From Octopus sinensis (Eukaryota), in assembly GCF_006345805.1 (NCBI RefSeq), contig NW_021825590.1, forward strand, positions 1 to 15,035: a stretch of DNA of 15,035 nt, given 5' to 3'. Numbering within the stretch: position 1 is the first letter of the stretch; each line of letters starts with the position of its first letter. Below are positions 1-15,035 of the stretch, piece after piece. The translations under genes were made by a program, and so were the position numbers. A model generated the notes under the pieces. It saw only the letters and a program-made list of their open reading frames with translations. It made no database searches and was not told the DNA's origin.

Positions 1-160
1 CTCTAAATGTGGAGAGAAGCTGAGGAAGAGGAAGACTGAGGAAGACATGGGGCAAAGTGGTGAGAAATGATGTTCAGATGCTGAGCTTCACACGGAAGAT
101 AACTAAAACGACTGAGACAATCAGAAATTTTCTAGGCTTGAAAAGACCCAACTGGCTAAG
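1..160 (+). mobile_element. RTE-clade LINE 3' ORF fragment, degenerate
   Basis: Frame 3 reads LNVERS*GRGRLRKTWGKVVRNDVQMLSFT, matching the GxRxRGRPRKTWxxxVxxD C-terminal motif of RTE reverse-transcriptase ORFs. Confidence 0.7.
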
Positions 161-1376
161 TGACATCGAGGCCATCATGGCATGTCCTTTATGTGCATAC
201 CCCCCACCCTGAACACAATCTGTCCCCTAAAAAACATCCCCAACAACCTAGAAACCATACACTCTTTCCCCAACATGATCCCTAACAAGGTGTAAAATGT
301 TAGGTGAGGGTACACGATGTTCCTATGACAAAATATGTTTACATTTCAGACATACAAATGTAAGAGAGTTAATGAACGATAGCTTATTAATTATCATGAT
401 AATGAGGTTTAGATGTGATATAGTAGCACTCTGATTATATACAATATAGATTGTATGTAATCGGAGTAACGTATAACCTTCATTACTATGAATATGATTG
501 TGTCTGAGCACAGCTAATATTATGGTAGTTCCATGAGCAAACGAAGAAAGATATAACCAAGTCCACTGCCAAATACTAATGATTAATTCATTTCCTGGTC
601 AAATAACAATGACTATCTTTCATTAAATAATTTGAACGCAACAATCAAGACCAAAGGGTGAAACACTCAGAAAATTGTGCCTCTTTTAGCATTAATCTCA
701 TCTAAAATCTAACATGTGTGAGAAAAAGAATGACTATATGGATGGTAAATGTTGTTCAAACAATGTAATAAGTGTATATTATATATAGTTACAAACAAGG
801 ATTTGAGTATTCAAGTCATATTCAATTTCTGATCGTATATTTTGTATAAACACCAATAATTTGTTTAAATATAAACAGATATTAACGGTTCAATACTAAA
901 GTTAACATTTAATAAAATTAAGTTCATGATGAATATTCTTATACAGAGTTAATATTTAATTAGAATGTTCTAATTTGCAACAACAAAATGTATTCTAACC
1001 AGAGACATTGAGGGTACACAACCCCAGAAAATACAAAATATTACGACAGACATCTGGCTACATAACAACATCAAGAATAACCTATCAGAAAACTTACGAA
1101 AGATCTTAGTAGAAAAACAAACAACTATTTTATTAACTCACGAGTTTACACCTAAAAAACATAAATTATAGTTCCATAGAAGACAATATTAACTCTATTG
1201 TGGCTTTTAATTTATCCATTTTACCAAACACGTTAACCATGACTTTATGAAATTTCAGTAATATTTTTAATACAATTACTTTAGAGCTAACCTTTCAAAT
1301 GGAAATTAGAAATGGGATTTGTTCTCCACCATTCTAATACGCAAAATAGCTGAGGTGGATGTACAATCTATAGAAA

Positions 1377-11815
<10,439 letters not shown>

Positions 11816-12137
11816 CTGATAAAGAAAAGAATAAAAACATTAAAAATGGTGTCTGAAAGGGGAGTCGGGTGGTGAAGAATTAAAAGAAAGACTCACAGAA
11901 AAAGAGAAGAGAAGGAATGAAATTTATTAAACAGGTGGAATGATTGGGGTGGGGAGTAGGTAATGCAGATTTCTATTGTATATACACACACGCGTATACA
12001 CACATACATGTGTACATATAAATATATTTATACACACACACACAAACACACGCATATAGGATGAATAACTCAATAAATAAACACGATAGAGCAGCAAAAT
12101 GTGTGTGTGTGTGTATGTGTGTGTGTTCATAATTACA

Positions 12138-12340
12138 TTTATTCTTTTAGTCTTTCATTTGTTTCAGTCATGTGACTGTGGCCATGGTGGAGCACTGTCG
12201 TTAGTCGAGCAAATCGACCCCAGTAAGCCTTGTACTTATTTTATTAGTTTCTTTTGCGGAAACGCTAGTTTACGGGGACGTAAACACACCAGCAGCGGTT
12301 GTCAAGCGATGTTGGGGACAAATACAGACACACAAACACA
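12138..12340 (-). mobile_element. SINE 3' half
   Basis: gtttcagtcatgtgactgtggccatggtggagcac...gtcgagcaaatcgacccc...tacggggacgtaaacacaccagc is similar in reverse complement to 10193-10320 and resembles the abundant octopus SINE body (recalled). Confidence 0.72.
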
Positions 12341-12344
12341 CGCA

Positions 12345-12389
12345 CGTACACACAGACACTCATAACACACACACAGACACGCACATATA

Positions 12390-12430
<41 letters not shown>

Positions 12431-12490
12431 ACATACATATATACATATATATATATCTGTATATATATAAGGCAAGATGTGTGTGTGTGT
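12345..12490. repeat. Compound (CA)/(AT)/(GT) microsatellite
   Basis: Direct reading. Confidence 0.9.
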
Positions 12491-12713
12491 ACGTTTTTGT
12501 AATTTATGCACATCTACAAATTAACACGCATGCCGCTCAAATTTTAGGGGGTCATTCGTCATAACCCCGGCAGTATTTTTGTCAAATTTCTCCCGAGACA
12601 TCCGCGAATAGCGGTAAATAATTTTGAGCCATAACTTCTAAATATTTAAGATGGCGAAAGCTACCATTGTTTACAAAGCAAACATTAATTAAGTCACCTC
12701 CTAGCAACGGTGT

Positions 12714-12716
<3 letters not shown>

Positions 12717-12748
<32 letters not shown>

Positions 12749-12786
12749 GAGAGAGAGAGAGAGAGACGGAGAGATAGAGAGAGAGA
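12717..12786. repeat. (GA)n microsatellite
   Basis: Direct reading. Confidence 0.93.
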
Positions 12787-13185
12787 TTTTTATAATTTCG
12801 TCTTTTTACTGGCAATAACAGACAGACAGGTGTTGTTATGTATGTTTGTATGTGTGAATGGCTTCAGTCACACATACACACACGCGAGCATGTATGCGTA
12901 AAAGACACAAATATGCAATGTTTGTGTGTGTGTGTGTTGTGCGTATATATATATACGGGCAACATAAACGATATTCTCCGTTTCTCCACAACTAATTTCC
13001 AAATTAGCTGAATCCGTTGTTCTAATCATAGCGATATATAGCTGGTCGTGCGTGAACATGGGAGAGAGCAGAGGTTACCAGAGCAAAAGACCTACGTGTT
13101 GACTGTAGACACGCTCCTTCGCAAACGATCAACTATTATTTTGTAAACAATGTTGCGAAACTGTTCATGTTTTCGAAAGGAGAGG

Positions 13186-13398
13186 GGTCAACCTAAAGCG
13201 TTTGACCCGGTCATAAAAACAAACAAAAAAATAGTAATATGTGTAAAACAACTTCCTGTATACGAATATGACCAAAAAAATGTGCGCTCGCGAAAGGAGG
13301 GTGGGGGGAGAGGCCTATGGCCTTTTCTTTGATAATATCTTTCTTGCTTATTTAAATTCAGTACAATGCACTCTTGCCTTGACCAAACCATTTCTCTT

Positions 13399-13465
<67 letters not shown>

Positions 13466-13699
13466 CTGTATGTTCTTGATAATCGTTTAGAACAAGTTGT
13501 TTTACACCTATTACACTGTTTGTTTTTGTGCCCGGGTCAGACACGTAACATTCACAATGTGAATTTTCCGAGGCCTCTCCCCCACCCCTTTTCGCGAGCG
13601 CACTTTTTTTGGGTCATATTCGTTTAGAGGAATTTGTTTTATGCATATTACACTATTTTTTGTTTGTTTTATGACCGGGTCAAATGCTTTAGTTTGACC
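13186..13699. repeat. Inverted repeat, ~130-bp arms (13186-13316 / 13571-13699), plus a partial third copy at ~13490-13540
   Basis: ggtcaacctaaagcgtttgacccggtcataaaaacaaac...gtgcgctcgcgaaa...gagaggcct matches the reverse complement of the right arm at roughly 85% by eye. Confidence 0.9.
13398..13466. repeat. (GT)n microsatellite in the spacer of the inverted repeat
   Basis: Direct reading. Confidence 0.93.
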
Positions 13700-14092
13700 A
13701 GGAGAGGTATGACTTTCACATCTCTGCGGGAGAAGGTAAGCTTCTCTATTCCTGTTACAAAACTTAATTCCGGGTGCCAAATTTGCTTCAATTGATGGTA
13801 ATACTCAGGTAGGAGGTGGTGGCGGGACAGTGGCAGGGGCAAAGGCGTGTAAAAACATGTATACAATAGGTGTATGTACGTATATGTTTGTGTGTGTGTG
13901 TTTTGCCCATATATATAAACGTAGTTGTGATCTGAACATAACCGCTTCTGAAACAGAGGTTCCGGAGAGCTTTTGGACGTTCTATTTTCCTTGCTGGAAG
14001 GGTTCTCAACCCATGGGCAAAGTTCGGTTACATGAAAAAAAAGAAAAAAACAATCGATGAGTGTAAAAATTGGGAAACCTATTTCTTATGGT

Positions 14093-14140
14093 ACCATGTG
14101 GTTTGTAAGCAAGCTACTAACCACACAACCACTCCTGTGC
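14093..14140 (-). mobile_element. SINE 5' head remnant
   Basis: Minus strand ggagtggttgtgtggttagtagcttgcttacaaaccacatggt contains an A-box-like TGGTTGTGTGG and is similar to the head at 9992-10035. Confidence 0.52.
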
Positions 14141-14141
14141 C

Positions 14142-14204
14142 TATATATATATATACATATATATATATAATATATATATATATATATTATATATATATAA
14201 TATA

Positions 14205-14247
<43 letters not shown>
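14142..14247. repeat. Interrupted (AT)n microsatellite
   Basis: Direct reading. Confidence 0.95.
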
Positions 14248-14250
<3 letters not shown>

Positions 14251-14451
14251 TGTGGTTGTATGTTCCTCATGAAGCTTTTTAAAATAGATATTTCTTAGTG
14301 AAATTTTCTGAAAATCCATCCCTTTCAATGTCTTAATCAACAATTATGTCTGGAGTTGGGATTGGTTTCAAACACATGAAATGATTTTATTTTCTCAACA
14401 TAATCGGAAACACCAGAAAGTTATGGGGGAAAAATAAGGGGGCTCAGGAAG

Positions 14452-14482
<31 letters not shown>

Positions 14483-14556
14483 TGTGTGTGTGTGTGTGTG
14501 TGTATATGTATATATATACTCATGTATATATATATATCTATATACATATATATATA
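14452..14556. repeat. Compound (AT)/(GT) microsatellite
   Basis: Direct reading; its right end abuts the 462-bp hairpin. Confidence 0.92.
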
Positions 14557-15014
14557 TTAATTATAATAAAGGGTTAATTGCAACAAATTGCTCAAAACCA
14601 CATACCGAAAATATTAGGAATAGCAGCCAAATAGATCACTATTTCTCCTACTAAAAAAAAAGTCTCCACAAACAAACAGAATTTGTAACCCGTATATGGT
14701 AAAGAGAAAGAAAACAACGAAATCCCAGCCTATTGGATTAATTATAGACGAATCGTTTCTGGATTAGAACCGAAAGTTCAAGGAAATGAACTTTCGGTTC
14801 TAATCCAGAAACGATTCGTCTATAATTAATCCAATAGGCTGGGATTTCGTTGTTTTCTTTCTCTTTACCATATACGGGTGACAAATTATGTTTGTTTGTG
14901 GAGACTTTTATTTTAGTAGGAGAAATAGGGAACTATTTGGCTGCTATTCCTAATATTTTCGGTATGTGGTTTTGAGCAATTTGTTGCAATTAACCCTTTA
15001 TTATAATTAATATA
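14553..15014. repeat. 462-bp near-perfect hairpin: 228-bp arms, 6-nt loop AGGAAA (14781-14786)
   Basis: Five substitutions (left-arm positions 14635, 14638, 14657, 14679, 14687) and no indels. Confidence 0.97.
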
Positions 15015-15035
15015 ATTCTCACCAAATATGGTCTT

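Noticed and set aside
11816-15035. Search for further upstream exons of the ligase
   Set aside because: I found no ankyrin, Mib_Herc2 or ZZ-like translation bounded by splice sites. The upstream exons are probably beyond the window.

Overview
AT-rich eukaryotic genomic DNA, dense in microsatellites and old transposon fragments. The SINE-like repeats resemble those I recall from Octopus/coleoid cephalopods; this assignment is inference and was not searched. The window holds the 3' part of one minus-strand, multi-exon gene for a Mind-bomb (MIB2-like) ankyrin-repeat + RING E3 ubiquitin ligase. Five exons (11661-11815, 10622-10658, 7075-7284, 5244-5419, 2594-2733) splice with canonical AG/GT sites and matching phases. 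A sixth, likely terminal exon at 1377-1456 completes a 798-nt, 265-aa partial ORF. The 5' exons lie outside the window. Introns carry RTE, CR1 and mariner relics, tRNA-derived SINEs and a MITE. Most ORFs in the supplied track are microsatellite translations. I found no prokaryotic-type or clearly new enzymatic system. The most unusual signals are: (i) a chain of apparently decayed exons after the RING exon; (ii) two abutting (AT)n-centred palindromes that resolve exactly into a tandem duplication with an inverted middle; (iii) a 462-bp near-perfect hairpin. Items (ii) and (iii) could be assembly artefacts.
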